Shown: piece after piece, positions 8,683-17,289 of the stretch
Layout: every line of letters starts with the position of its first letter
How positions within the stretch are numbered: position 1 is the stretch's first letter
Assembly (NCBI GenBank): GCA_041577335.1
Contig: JBFGJH010000021.1
Span: 1-44,520, forward strand
Length of the DNA: 44,520 nt
Direction of reading: 5' to 3'
Origin: Acidimicrobiia bacterium
GTDB taxonomy: Bacteria > Actinomycetota > Acidimicrobiia > Spongiisociales > JAENVV01
Translations under genes and position numbers: made by a program
Notes under the pieces: generated by a model
Seen by the model: the letters and a program-made list of their open reading frames with translations, nothing else
The model's database searches: none
Told to the model about the DNA's origin: nothing

Positions 8683-10071
8683 ATGGCGAGTCCAGTCCTC
8701 ATCCCCACGCCGTCGGTACGCGCCAAAGAAAGGCGTCGGCCCACTCGCGCCGGCAAGACGTACTTTCTTCGCACCTTTGGGTGCCAGATGAACGACCACG
8801 ACTCCGAGCGTGTCGCCGGCCTGTTGGAAGCCGACGGCATGGTGTCTGCCAATGACTATGCCTCGGCAGACGTCGTGTTCATCAACACGTGCACGATTCG
8901 CGAGAACGCCGACAACAAGCTGTATGGCACGCTCGGCCACCTCAAGCAGCTCAAGGATGCCGATCCCTCGAAACTGCTGGTCGTAGGCGGCTGCGCCGCC
9001 CAGAAAGACCGTGACCTGGTCAGGGAAAGGGCGCCGTGGGTGGATGTGGTGCTCGGGACCCATAACCTCGATCGAGTGGTCTCGCTCATGGACCACGCCC
9101 AAGAATGGGGCGGCATAACCGAGATCGTCGAAGAGCTTCAATACATGCCGGCCGATCTACCCGCCCGACGAGAGGTCGATCACTCTGCTTGGGTGACGAT
9201 CCAGATCGGCTGCAACAACACGTGCACGTTCTGCATCGTGCCCACGGTTCGGGGCCCGGAGGTGAGCCGCCGTCCCGGCGACGTCGTGCGCGAGGTCACG
9301 CAGCTCGTCGCCGACGGTGTCGTCGAGGTCACACTTCTGGGCCAGAACGTCGACACGTATGGCCGCGACCTGGCCATCGACGGCCGCCGCCGCCCCATCT
9401 TTGCCGAGCTGTTGCGACGCGTTGGCGCGATCGAGGGCCTGCGCAGGATTCGGTTCACGTCACCCCATCCAGCCGACTTCAAGGAAGACGTGGCGGTGGC
9501 CATGGCCGAGACGGGGACCGTGTGCGAACAACTCCATCTTCCCCTGCAGTCGGGATCCGATCGGATCCTCGCTCGGATGCATCGCGGTTACAACACCCGG
9601 CGGTATCTGGACCGGTTGGCCATGGCCCGCGAGATCATCCCGGATCTCACGGTGAGCACAGACATCATCGTGGGTTTCCCAGGGGAGACCGAGATGGACT
9701 TTCAAGCCACGCTCGACGTCGTCAGCACGGCGAGGTATGACTCGGCGTTCATGTTCCAATTCTCCGCCCGGCCAGGCACGGCCGCAGCCGGCATGGAAGC
9801 CGATTTCGTCCCAGCCGACGTCGTTCAAGAACGATTCGAGCGCCTCATCGAACTGCAGAACCGGATCACCCACGAATCCAACCGGGGCGATGTCGGTAAG
9901 ACATTCGAGGTTCTCGCCGAAGGACCGTCGAAGCGTGATGCCGCCGTAGCCACCACCCGCACCAGAGGCGGCAAGCTCGTCCATGTGCCGGGCGAGCTAC
10001 CGGCTGGCTCCTTCCACCGCGCGTCCATCACCGAAGGCAACAAACACCACCTCGTGGGCCACCTCTGCTGA
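8683..10071 (+). CDS. miaB: tRNA-2-methylthio-N6-dimethylallyladenosine synthase
   Basis: TFGCQMN, NTCTIRE, radical-SAM GCNNTCTFC and C-terminal TRAM-like region. Confidence 0.96.
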   Translation: MASPVLIPTPSVRAKERRRPTRAGKTYFLRTFGCQMNDHDSERVAGLLEADGMVSANDYASADVVFINTCTIRENADNKLYGTLGHLKQLKDADPSKLLVVGGCAAQKDRDLVRERAPWVDVVLGTHNLDRVVSLMDHAQEWGGITEIVEELQYMPADLPARREVDHSAWVTIQIGCNNTCTFCIVPTVRGPEVSRRPGDVVREVTQLVADGVVEVTLLGQNVDTYGRDLAIDGRRRPIFAELLRRVGAIEGLRRIRFTSPHPADFKEDVAVAMAETGTVCEQLHLPLQSGSDRILARMHRGYNTRRYLDRLAMAREIIPDLTVSTDIIVGFPGETEMDFQATLDVVSTARYDSAFMFQFSARPGTAAAGMEADFVPADVVQERFERLIELQNRITHESNRGDVGKTFEVLAEGPSKRDAAVATTRTRGGKLVHVPGELPAGSFHRASITEGNKHHLVGHLC

Positions 10072-10964
10072 CCCCGATCGTCATCGTGGGGCCCACCGCC
10101 TCGGGCAAGTCTGAACTGGCTCTTCGATTGGCCTCAGATCTTTCGGCTGCGATCTTGTCGATTGATTCGATGCAGGTCTACCGGGGGATGGATATCGGGA
10201 CAGCCAAACCGTCGGCCGAAGAGCAGGCGAGGGTGCCCCATTTCATGGTGGATGTGGCCGATCCAACCGACACCTACACCGTGGCGACCTTTCAGCAGGT
10301 TGCGCGGGACGCACTGAAATCTCATGAGGGTCGGCTGCTCGTAGTCGGCGGCTCGGGCCTGCACATGCGAGCGGTTCTCGATCCGCTCGACTTCCCGCCT
10401 CACGATCCCGATGTCCGCGCAGCCGTCGCGGGTATGTCGGACGATGCTCGTGTAGCCGAGCTCTTGGAAGCGGATCCCGCCGCGGCTGAGGTCATCGATA
10501 TGAGGAACCCCCGGCGGGTGGAGCGGGCTGTGGAGGTGTTGCGAATTACCGGCCTCACGCCCTCCGTGCGATTCAATCATCCCAATGCACAGCAGGTGAG
10601 GGAGTATGTGCCTCTCATCCCGTTTCACGCCTTTGGCATCGATCCCGGAGACCGTCTCGAAGCGCGTGCCCGGGCGCGGGTGTCCAAGATGCTCGATCAC
10701 GGCCTCATGGACGAGGTAGCCGGGCTCGAGCTCGGTGAGACGGCCGGCCAGGCGGTCGGCTACAAGCAACTGCGCCCCGTCGTGGAGGGGAAAGCGCAGC
10801 TCGCCACGGCGGTCGAGGACATCGTTCGTGCGACTCTCGCTCTTGCCAAACGACAACGCACCTTCTTCCGACGAGACCCGCGGATCACGTGGCTCCCTTG
10901 GGCCGATACGCTCGACGGCCGATATGTCGCACTCAGAGCCGCGGTCGATAAGGTGTTGTCGTGA
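10068..10964 (+). CDS. miaA: tRNA dimethylallyltransferase (start uncertain: CTG 10068 or GTG 10086)
   Basis: GPTASGKS, DSMQVYRGMDIGTAKP, GGSGL and AKRQRTFF. Confidence 0.93.
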   Translation: MTPIVIVGPTASGKSELALRLASDLSAAILSIDSMQVYRGMDIGTAKPSAEEQARVPHFMVDVADPTDTYTVATFQQVARDALKSHEGRLLVVGGSGLHMRAVLDPLDFPPHDPDVRAAVAGMSDDARVAELLEADPAAAEVIDMRNPRRVERAVEVLRITGLTPSVRFNHPNAQQVREYVPLIPFHAFGIDPGDRLEARARARVSKMLDHGLMDEVAGLELGETAGQAVGYKQLRPVVEGKAQLATAVEDIVRATLALAKRQRTFFRRDPRITWLPWADTLDGRYVALRAAVDKVLS

Positions 10965-11719
10965 AGTTCGTGAAGATGCAGGGCCTCGGCAATGACTTCG
11001 TGGTGATCGAAGGGCCGGTGACGCTCACCGAGTCGCAGGTCGCCGCGATGTGCGATCGGCGCCTGGGTATCGGCGCCGACGGTGTCTTGGTGGTGACGCC
11101 GCGAGACTCCGCTGTCCGCATGGACTATTGGAACGCCGACGGTTCCGCAGCCGAGATGTGCGGAAATGGCCTCAGATGTGTCACGCGATTCGCGGTGGAC
11201 CAAGGCTGGGCCGGACCCGGTCCGTTCGCCGTTGCAACCAAGGTCGGTAGCCTCGAGGTTGCGATGCTCGACGATGAGACGGCTCGAGTCGAGATCGGCA
11301 CGGCAGTCGTCGGAGAGTCCGTGCAGTTCCACGACCTCGAGTTCGTACGTGTCTCGGTCGGGAACCCCCACGCGGTCACGTTTGTGGATAGCACGAGCGA
11401 TGCACCGGTAGACGGGGTTGGCGCGGCCCTCGAGATCTCCGTCGACGGCGGTACCAACGTCGAATTCGCCCATGTGGGCAGCGAGGCCATCGAAGTGCGC
11501 ACGTGGGAGCGCGGATGTGGCGAGACGCAGGCGTGTGGCACGGGGGCGGTCGCGGTAGCCGCGGCGGCTCGACAGGCGGGTCGAGCCGGTGATCGGGTCG
11601 TCATCAGACTGCCCGGCGGGGAGCTGATCGTTGAGTTCGACGACGATCGCGCCTGGATCACGGGCCCGGCCAGGTATAGCTTCGCAGGCGTCTGGTCGGG
11701 GAGTCCGGTGCGGGTCTAG
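10961..11719 (+). CDS. dapF: Diaminopimelate epimerase
   Basis: KMQGLGNDF, GIGADG, EMCGNG, GNPH and ERGCGETQACGTG. Confidence 0.96.
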   Translation: MKFVKMQGLGNDFVVIEGPVTLTESQVAAMCDRRLGIGADGVLVVTPRDSAVRMDYWNADGSAAEMCGNGLRCVTRFAVDQGWAGPGPFAVATKVGSLEVAMLDDETARVEIGTAVVGESVQFHDLEFVRVSVGNPHAVTFVDSTSDAPVDGVGAALEISVDGGTNVEFAHVGSEAIEVRTWERGCGETQACGTGAVAVAAAARQAGRAGDRVVIRLPGGELIVEFDDDRAWITGPARYSFAGVWSGSPVRV

Positions 11720-12345
11720 CGCAGCGAACGGAGCACGGCGACGACGGTTCCGAGCAGTTCGACGCCGTCGTTGAAGACCATGGGCTCGTACGCCGGATTC
11801 TCCGCATGCAAGACCACCACATCGTCACGTCGTTCGAGGCGCTTGACCGTCGCTGTGTCCTGGTCGACGAGCGCCGCCACGATCTGGCCGTCGCGGGCGT
11901 CTTTGGTTTGCTCCACGATGACATAGTCGCCGGAGAAGATGCCGGCGTCGACCATGGAGTCGCCTTTGACCTCCAGCATGAACACCGGCCCGTTGCCAAC
12001 GAATTGTTGGGGAAGGGGAAATACGTCTTGGATGTCTTCTTCGGCAAGGATGGGCGATCCTGCTGCGATCGAACCGACCAGCGGCACGTTGCGCACGCCG
12101 GCCTGGGCCGGGGATGCCTGCACGTGGCTTTGCCCGTCGACGACTTCGATGGCGCGGGGCTTCGAAGGATCGCGGCGGAGATAACCGAGCCGGACGAGCG
12201 TGCTCAGATGGCTGTGCACGGTCGATGGCGATGACAGTCCGACCGCTTCTCCGATTTCGCGCACCGCCGGTGGGTAACCCCGGTCGGCAACCGTGGAACG
12301 TATGTACTCCAGAATTTCTCGCTGGCGGGTCGTGAGTTCCGTCAT
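11716..12345 (-). CDS. lexA: SOS repressor LexA
   Basis: LTTRQREIL...GYPPAVREIG wHTH; IAAG cleavage site; GDSM Ser and ATVK Lys. Confidence 0.97.
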   Translation of the reverse strand: MTELTTRQREILEYIRSTVADRGYPPAVREIGEAVGLSSPSTVHSHLSTLVRLGYLRRDPSKPRAIEVVDGQSHVQASPAQAGVRNVPLVGSIAAGSPILAEEDIQDVFPLPQQFVGNGPVFMLEVKGDSMVDAGIFSGDYVIVEQTKDARDGQIVAALVDQDTATVKRLERRDDVVVLHAENPAYEPMVFNDGVELLGTVVAVLRSLR

Positions 12346-12360
12346 TTCGCCCTTCTTCAA

Positions 12361-12469
12361 TCGAACACCTGTTCTCACAGTACCGGGAATCGCTCCTGAA
12401 ATCAAACATATGTTCGACTTGACTCCGAACAGATGTTCGATACAATTCGGGACACGAACGCATGTTCGA
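12361..12469. promoter_or_regulatory. Four LexA boxes between lexA and the LysM gene
   Basis: TCGAACACCTGTTCTC (12361), TCAAACATATGTTCGA (12402), CCGAACAGATGTTCGA (12425), ACGAACGCATGTTCGA (12454). Confidence 0.88.
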
Positions 12470-12648
12470 TCCGGTGGAACGGAGGACGACGGAAGAACGA
12501 CTGGCGAACGAGTAAGAACGACGGGAGGACCGCCCACGGGGCCTGGCTACCCACAGGCGGAGCGGTCCGCCGGTCGTTTCTGGCTAGTCGTTTTGGCTTT
12601 CGTCTCTGGGGAGTACCCCTCTGGGAGGCTCTGGCCAGATCCGAATTC

Positions 12649-12670
12649 TGTCACAGGGTGCCCGTACCGT
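12649..12670 (+). promoter_or_regulatory. RecA-NDp/PafBC-like promoter of the LysM gene
   Basis: TGTCAC-N10-TA-N3-T (TGTCACAGGGTGCCCGTACCGT), preceded by ATTC as at recA. Confidence 0.65.
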
Positions 12671-12710
12671 GTGATGGACGCCCCACCAGGTCGCGAGAGG
12701 AGGAACCGAG

Positions 12711-13103
12711 ATGACGGCACACGCGATGTATCCAGCCCCCGCACGGGGACCGGTGCTCAGGGAGGCAGCACCGGCTGTTGTCCGCCAGCAACGTGACAGC
12801 GGTTTTGTCGTCGATGTGGGAGCAGCGATGCGCCGAGCCCTGGTTCGGGCCGTGGCCATCGCGGCCATGATCGCCGTCGCTCTGTTCCTCTTTCTCGCGA
12901 CAACGGTCCAAGCCGGCGACACGGTTCGAGCGACCGAGTCTCACATCGTCGGGCAGGGCCAGAATCTGTGGGTGATCGCCGAGGACCTCACGCCCCCGGG
13001 AGGCGACGTGCGAGCGACCGTTGCCGATATCAGAGACCTCAACGGAATGTCATCGAGCGTGGTGCAGGTTGGGCAAACACTCATCGTCCCAGCCTCTGGC
13101 TGA
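12711..13103 (+). CDS. LysM membrane protein, probable SOS-induced cell-division inhibitor (ChiZ/DivS/YneA-like)
   Basis: TM helix followed by LysM (HIVGQGQNLWVIA...IRDLN...VGQTLIVP); divergent from lexA and upstream of nrdR. Confidence 0.85.
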   Translation: MTAHAMYPAPARGPVLREAAPAVVRQQRDSGFVVDVGAAMRRALVRAVAIAAMIAVALFLFLATTVQAGDTVRATESHIVGQGQNLWVIAEDLTPPGGDVRATVADIRDLNGMSSSVVQVGQTLIVPASG

Positions 13104-13173
13104 TTCTCTGCGGTTCGTCGCAGTGCCGAGGGAGGTTGGCGCGCATCGGCCAGATCCTGATACGCTCGCCTCA

Positions 13174-13620
13174 ATGCACTGTCCGTATTGCCTCGCGTCC
13201 GACACTCGGGTCGTCGACTCTCGTCCCTCTGATCAGGGCACCACGATTCGCCGCCGTCGGGAATGTGAGTCGTGCAGCCAGCGCTTCACGACCTACGAAC
13301 GATCAGAGCCTCAACTGATCGTGATGAAGCGCAGTGGGGCCAGAGAGCCGTTCCAAGTCGCCAAGCTACGACGCGGCTTGGAGAATGCGCTCGCCGATCG
13401 GCCAGCCGCTCTCGAGGCGCTGGATGGCCTCGTGCTCGACATCGAACGGGCGCTTCTTCAGGAAGGACCGTTGGTCGATTCGGATCAGATCGGTCGCTCC
13501 GTGTTGGAGCATCTCCGCGATATCGACGAGGTTGCCTATCTGAGGTTCGCGTCGGTCTACAAGGACTTTCAAGGTGCATCGGACTTCGAGCGCGAGATGG
13601 CGGAGTTGGACGCCGACTGA
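13174..13620 (+). CDS. nrdR: Transcriptional repressor NrdR
   Basis: MHCPYC...VVDSR...IRRRRECESC...RFTTYE Zn ribbon, ATP cone and VAYLRFASVY. Confidence 0.97.
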   Translation: MHCPYCLASDTRVVDSRPSDQGTTIRRRRECESCSQRFTTYERSEPQLIVMKRSGAREPFQVAKLRRGLENALADRPAALEALDGLVLDIERALLQEGPLVDSDQIGRSVLEHLRDIDEVAYLRFASVYKDFQGASDFEREMAELDAD

Positions 13621-13647
13621 CCCCGGCCACAGGTCCGGCCCGACTGG

Positions 13648-15027
13648 TCAGCGCGGACTACCTCCCGATTCCAGGCGGGCCAAAGCTGTTACGGCCTCGT
13701 CCAAAGCGGCCTCGAATTGGCCGACCTGTTCGGAGATCTCGTTGCCGACTTCGGGCAGCGTCGCGGCGAGAACGTTTCGTGTCTCGTCGGCCAAGTCCAC
13801 GATTGTTTTGCTGTGCCGGGCTGCGGTGCCGGTCTGGCCTTCCCGTAGAGCCTCTACATACATGCCGGAGAGAACTTCGATGTCTGCCAGCGCCTGCGCC
13901 GCCAGCTTGCGGTGGTCTTCCAGCAAGGCCTCGAAGGGGAGCTGATCGAGAGCGCGCTGCGTGTCGGCCACCATGGCACTCAGCTCGAACGAGATGTCGG
14001 CGGCTCTTGTGATGTCGGCACTGTCGGGCAGGTCGGGCAAGATGAACGCTCGTTCGAACACGAGCCGGTAGGTGAGCGCGGCACCGAGTCGCCGTTCGAT
14101 TGCCGTCCCTTCGTCGGATGCGCTGATGAGGAGCGTGCTTGCGACGTCGGCGCCTTCGTGTTGGTCGGCCAGCCGGTTGGCAGCGGACGCCACTTGCCGG
14201 GCAGCCGTGTCGAACTCGCTCAAAGCGATCGCTGCTTCGTTGAGTTCGACGCCGCTCGAGTTGGGCTCAACGAGCACGTCGATTGCATCACGGACCGACG
14301 CTGCGCTCGTCTCCGCGGTGCTGACGGCAGTGGCCGCTTGGGCGGCCGCGGGAGGAGCGTCAGGCCCTCCAACGGAGGCGACCAACCACACGACGAGCAG
14401 TATCGCCACGATCGTGAGCGCGACACCGGCAATCCAGCGCAATACCGGTTTCTCGCTGAGGCGATCAGCGTATTCGGACTTGGGAGTCCACGAATCGATC
14501 GGTTCGAAATCGTCGGTGGCTTGCCACAGGCGTTCGATGAGCGTTCCGGTGTTCTCGTGGTCGGCAGCCGAGTCGCTGACGAGATCGGCGAGCCGGGGGA
14601 GCGCGTCGAAGATGCTGGGTCGGCTCTTGCCTTCCGAGCCGGGGCGGTTTCTGGCGGGCGCATCGGGCGACGGGCCGACCGGGCTCAATACCCGCCTTCC
14701 GGGCGGCCTGGGCTCTGGTTCGTCGAAGTACTCCCACGGCGGGTCTGAGGTCTCACCGAATCCGAACATCTCCATGAGGGGGCTGACCGTACGGGGGGAC
14801 TCGGGTCGAAGGACAGATATGGCTCCCACGGGCCGCCCGGTCCGGGGTACAGCCGGTGGTCGCAAAGCTTCGAGCGAAGGAAACCGTCGTGGGGCTTTCC
14901 TTCGGCCACGCGAACTCCCGACACTGGCCGCTTCGACGGCCTCCAATGGAATGCGGTGACCAACGAGACACTCACCGTCGTGGACGGTGACAGTCGCGTT
15001 ACAAGTTGTACAGTGGGCCTGCGCCAC
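13648..15027 (-). CDS. Hypothetical membrane protein (N-terminal CxxC...CxxGH, Pro-rich linker, one TM, helical C-terminal domain)
   Basis: Long ORF; TM WIAGVALTIVAILLVVWLVASV; GTG 15027 has a GGAG RBS. Confidence 0.7.
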   Translation of the reverse strand: MAQAHCTTCNATVTVHDGECLVGHRIPLEAVEAASVGSSRGRRKAPRRFPSLEALRPPAVPRTGRPVGAISVLRPESPRTVSPLMEMFGFGETSDPPWEYFDEPEPRPPGRRVLSPVGPSPDAPARNRPGSEGKSRPSIFDALPRLADLVSDSAADHENTGTLIERLWQATDDFEPIDSWTPKSEYADRLSEKPVLRWIAGVALTIVAILLVVWLVASVGGPDAPPAAAQAATAVSTAETSAASVRDAIDVLVEPNSSGVELNEAAIALSEFDTAARQVASAANRLADQHEGADVASTLLISASDEGTAIERRLGAALTYRLVFERAFILPDLPDSADITRAADISFELSAMVADTQRALDQLPFEALLEDHRKLAAQALADIEVLSGMYVEALREGQTGTAARHSKTIVDLADETRNVLAATLPEVGNEISEQVGQFEAALDEAVTALARLESGGSPR

Positions 15028-15078
15028 GGATGCGCTCCATCGTTTTTCCGCCCGATGAAGCCCCACTTACTCAAGATC

Positions 15079-15507
15079 ATGAAGATTACCTTCCAAAAGC
15101 TCGATACGGAACTACCAACCCCGAAACACGCCCATCCTGGCGACGGGGGGGTGGATCTGTATGCCCGGGCCGCGTCTTCTATTGGACCGGGGGAGTGGGC
15201 CATGGTTCCGACCGGTGTGGCGGTAGCGATCCCGGACGGATTCGCCGGGTTGGTGGTGCCCCGCAGCGGTCTGGCGTCGCGGCACGGCATCGGCATCGTC
15301 AACGGGCCCGGTTTGGTGGACTCCGGATATCGCGGTGAGATCAACGTCCTGCTCATCAACCATGGGCCCGAGCCGTTCAGAGTTCGGCGAGCCGAACGGA
15401 TTGCGCAACTGGTCGTGGTGCCCATCGCTACGCAGGAATGGACGGAGGTCGATGATCTGCCCAGCACCACCCGTGGGGGCGGTGGCTTCGGGTCGACGGG
15501 CCGCTGA
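15079..15507 (+). CDS. dut: dUTP diphosphatase
   Basis: GDGGVDL, PRSGLA, GLVDSGYRGEI, RIAQLV and RGGGGFGSTG. Confidence 0.96.
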   Translation: MKITFQKLDTELPTPKHAHPGDGGVDLYARAASSIGPGEWAMVPTGVAVAIPDGFAGLVVPRSGLASRHGIGIVNGPGLVDSGYRGEINVLLINHGPEPFRVRRAERIAQLVVVPIATQEWTEVDDLPSTTRGGGGFGSTGR

Positions 15508-15837
15508 CCAGACGGTTGGCGGGGTCGGGTCGACGGCCAATCAAGAAGGCCATGGTGTTGTTGATCGGCAGGTAACGCCCAGTTAACACTTCTTTGCCAG
15601 AATGGTGGATGTGCACATGTTCTACCCCGAACCAGCCAATCAAAGCCATTCGGAACGCGTCTCACGCTCCGAGCGTCCTCAGTGCCGCCCCGACGCGGCA
15701 GAGATGTTCATCCTCGCGATCTTCTGGCTTGCCCACGTGATGCGCCGCATCAGCGTGACGAGCGCGCCGATCTCTCACTGGTAGCTTGGACCGCAGCTTG
15801 AGCGGCCACGGTGGTGGACTATCATGGCGGCTCGCAT

Positions 15838-15913
15838 GCGGAAGTAGCTCAGCTGGTAGAGCGCAACCTTGCCAAGGTTGAGGTCGCGGGTTCGAGCCCC
15901 GTCTTCCGCTCCA
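15838..15913 (+). tRNA. tRNA-Gly(GCC)
   Basis: Cloverleaf GCGGAAG/CTTCCGC; anticodon arm CAACC-TTGCCAA-GGTTG; GGTTCGA T-arm; encoded CCA. Confidence 0.97.
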
Positions 15914-15954
15914 GGGGCGAGACGAGTCGTACCCTTGTGGCCGTCGGGCTCACT

Positions 15955-16025
15955 GGCGACGTGGCCGAGTGGTTAGGCAAGGGTCTGCAAAACCCTGTAC
16001 CCCGGTTCGATTCCGGGCGTCGCCT
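15955..16025 (+). tRNA. tRNA-Cys(GCA)
   Basis: GGCGACG/CGTCGCC acceptor stem, CTGCAAA loop, GGTTCGATTCC, U discriminator; CCA not encoded. Confidence 0.96.
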
Positions 16026-16064
16026 CGATAGTCGAGGATGGACAATCGACAGACAAGATCCCCA

Positions 16065-16136
16065 GGGCCGTTAGCTCAGGGGGAGAGCGCTTCCCTGACA
16101 CGGAAGAGGTCGCTGGTTCAAATCCAGCACGGCCCA
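16065..16136 (+). tRNA. tRNA-Val(GAC)
   Basis: GGGCCGT/ACGGCCC acceptor stem, CTTCC-CTGACAC-GGAAG anticodon arm, GGTTCAAATCC; CCA not encoded. Confidence 0.96.
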
Positions 16137-16140
16137 CAAC

Positions 16141-16170
16141 AAAGGCCCCCGCCATGCGGGGGCCTTTTCT
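16141..16170 (+). terminator. Intrinsic terminator of the tRNA operon
   Basis: AAAGGCCCCCGC-CAT-GCGGGGGCCTTT followed by TCT. Confidence 0.9.
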
Positions 16171-16452
16171 TGCCCCAGGACGATTCCCGACCCGGCGGCC
16201 GTGGCCGATGCCGTCTGGACGGGGACGTTTGCCTCTGGGCGCCCCTGGTCGGTCTGGGGAGAATCCGACGTTGTATACCCGCCCGAAGTGCGGCTCGGGT
16301 TGCCACGACCAGAGTTCTGGGTCAAACCAGTGTTCGAGACGCGGCGCACCCAGGACCTCCGTGGGCATGCGGCCGAATCGAGACTTGGCATCGGCCGGTA
16401 CCGGGCTTGTCGCCGCGCGACATCATTCGCGTCCGCATGGCCCTTCCGAGAG

Positions 16453-16800
16453 CTAACGATTGCCCTGCGCCAGAGCGCCCACGTCACAGCGGGCGCACAC
16501 CCATATCAGCTGGCGTAAGTCGCGGGCTCTGCCGCAATGCCTACATCGGGATGGTTGCTTCTTCTGTGGTGGGTCTTTCGAATGTCGCACAGAAGACATC
16601 CACCGACTCGAGACGGTCGTGGGGGATCTTTGGGCAGGGTCAGGAAAGGCCGTGGCGAGGGCGACGCCGATTGCAACGAGTCCGATGAATATCGCAACGA
16701 TGAAAAGCGCGGCCCCTACCAGTCCCTCAATCAGGAGGCTGAGGCCGAGCGCGCCGAAGGATGCAGCTATTCCTCCCAATGCAATCAACGCAGCCCGCAT
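16453..16800 (-). CDS. Small two-TM protein with C-terminal Zn ribbon
   Basis: Two hydrophobic helices, then CRHC...CARC. Confidence 0.6.
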   Translation of the reverse strand: MRAALIALGGIAASFGALGLSLLIEGLVGAALFIVAIFIGLVAIGVALATAFPDPAQRSPTTVSSRWMSSVRHSKDPPQKKQPSRCRHCGRARDLRQLIWVCARCDVGALAQGNR

Positions 16801-16866
16801 ATCTCGTTCCAACGCTATGACAAACATACCGGACGAGTGGCCACCCTGCCCGATAGGCTGCATTTC

Positions 16867-17289
16867 ATGTCAAGCTCACTTGCGTCGCGTGCGGCTGCAT
16901 GGTCGATCTCGCTTGCTGTCGTGTTCGCCGCTTGTTCGGGCACCCCGGCGAGCACTACGACGAGCACCCAACCGAGTGCCGATGTCGTCGTGACGATGAG
17001 TGACTGGCGTTTTGCGCCGGGCGAGGTCGCCATCGCAGCCGGCACGCCGATTGTTCTCGAGTTGCGCAACACAGGCACGGTGCTTCACGAATGGGCAGTA
17101 ATCGACGGCACCGTCGAGACAGAGGCGGATCTGCCCGGGTTGCAGATCATCGCCCGCCGCGAGGTGAACGCCGGCGGAGTGGAGCGGATTGAGTTGGCCG
17201 GGCTCGATTCCGGCGTGTACACCATCGTTTGTCCCGTCCCCGGTCATATCGCCAATGGCATGGTTGGAACGCTCACCGTCGGCGACTGA
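16867..17289 (+). CDS. Cupredoxin (type-1 blue copper) lipoprotein
   Basis: Lipobox FAAC; N.G.V.HEW His and CPVPGHIANGM Cys/His/Met ligands. Confidence 0.85.
   Translation: MSSSLASRAAAWSISLAVVFAACSGTPASTTTSTQPSADVVVTMSDWRFAPGEVAIAAGTPIVLELRNTGTVLHEWAVIDGTVETEADLPGLQIIARREVNAGGVERIELAGLDSGVYTIVCPVPGHIANGMVGTLTVGD

Noticed and set aside
12361..12469. Spaced short repeats as a mini-CRISPR
   Set aside because: 16-bp degenerate palindromes matching LexA boxes, irregular spacing, no cas genes
15838..16170. tRNA cluster as attachment site of an integrated island
   Set aside because: No integrase and no duplicated tRNA 3' end noticed in the window
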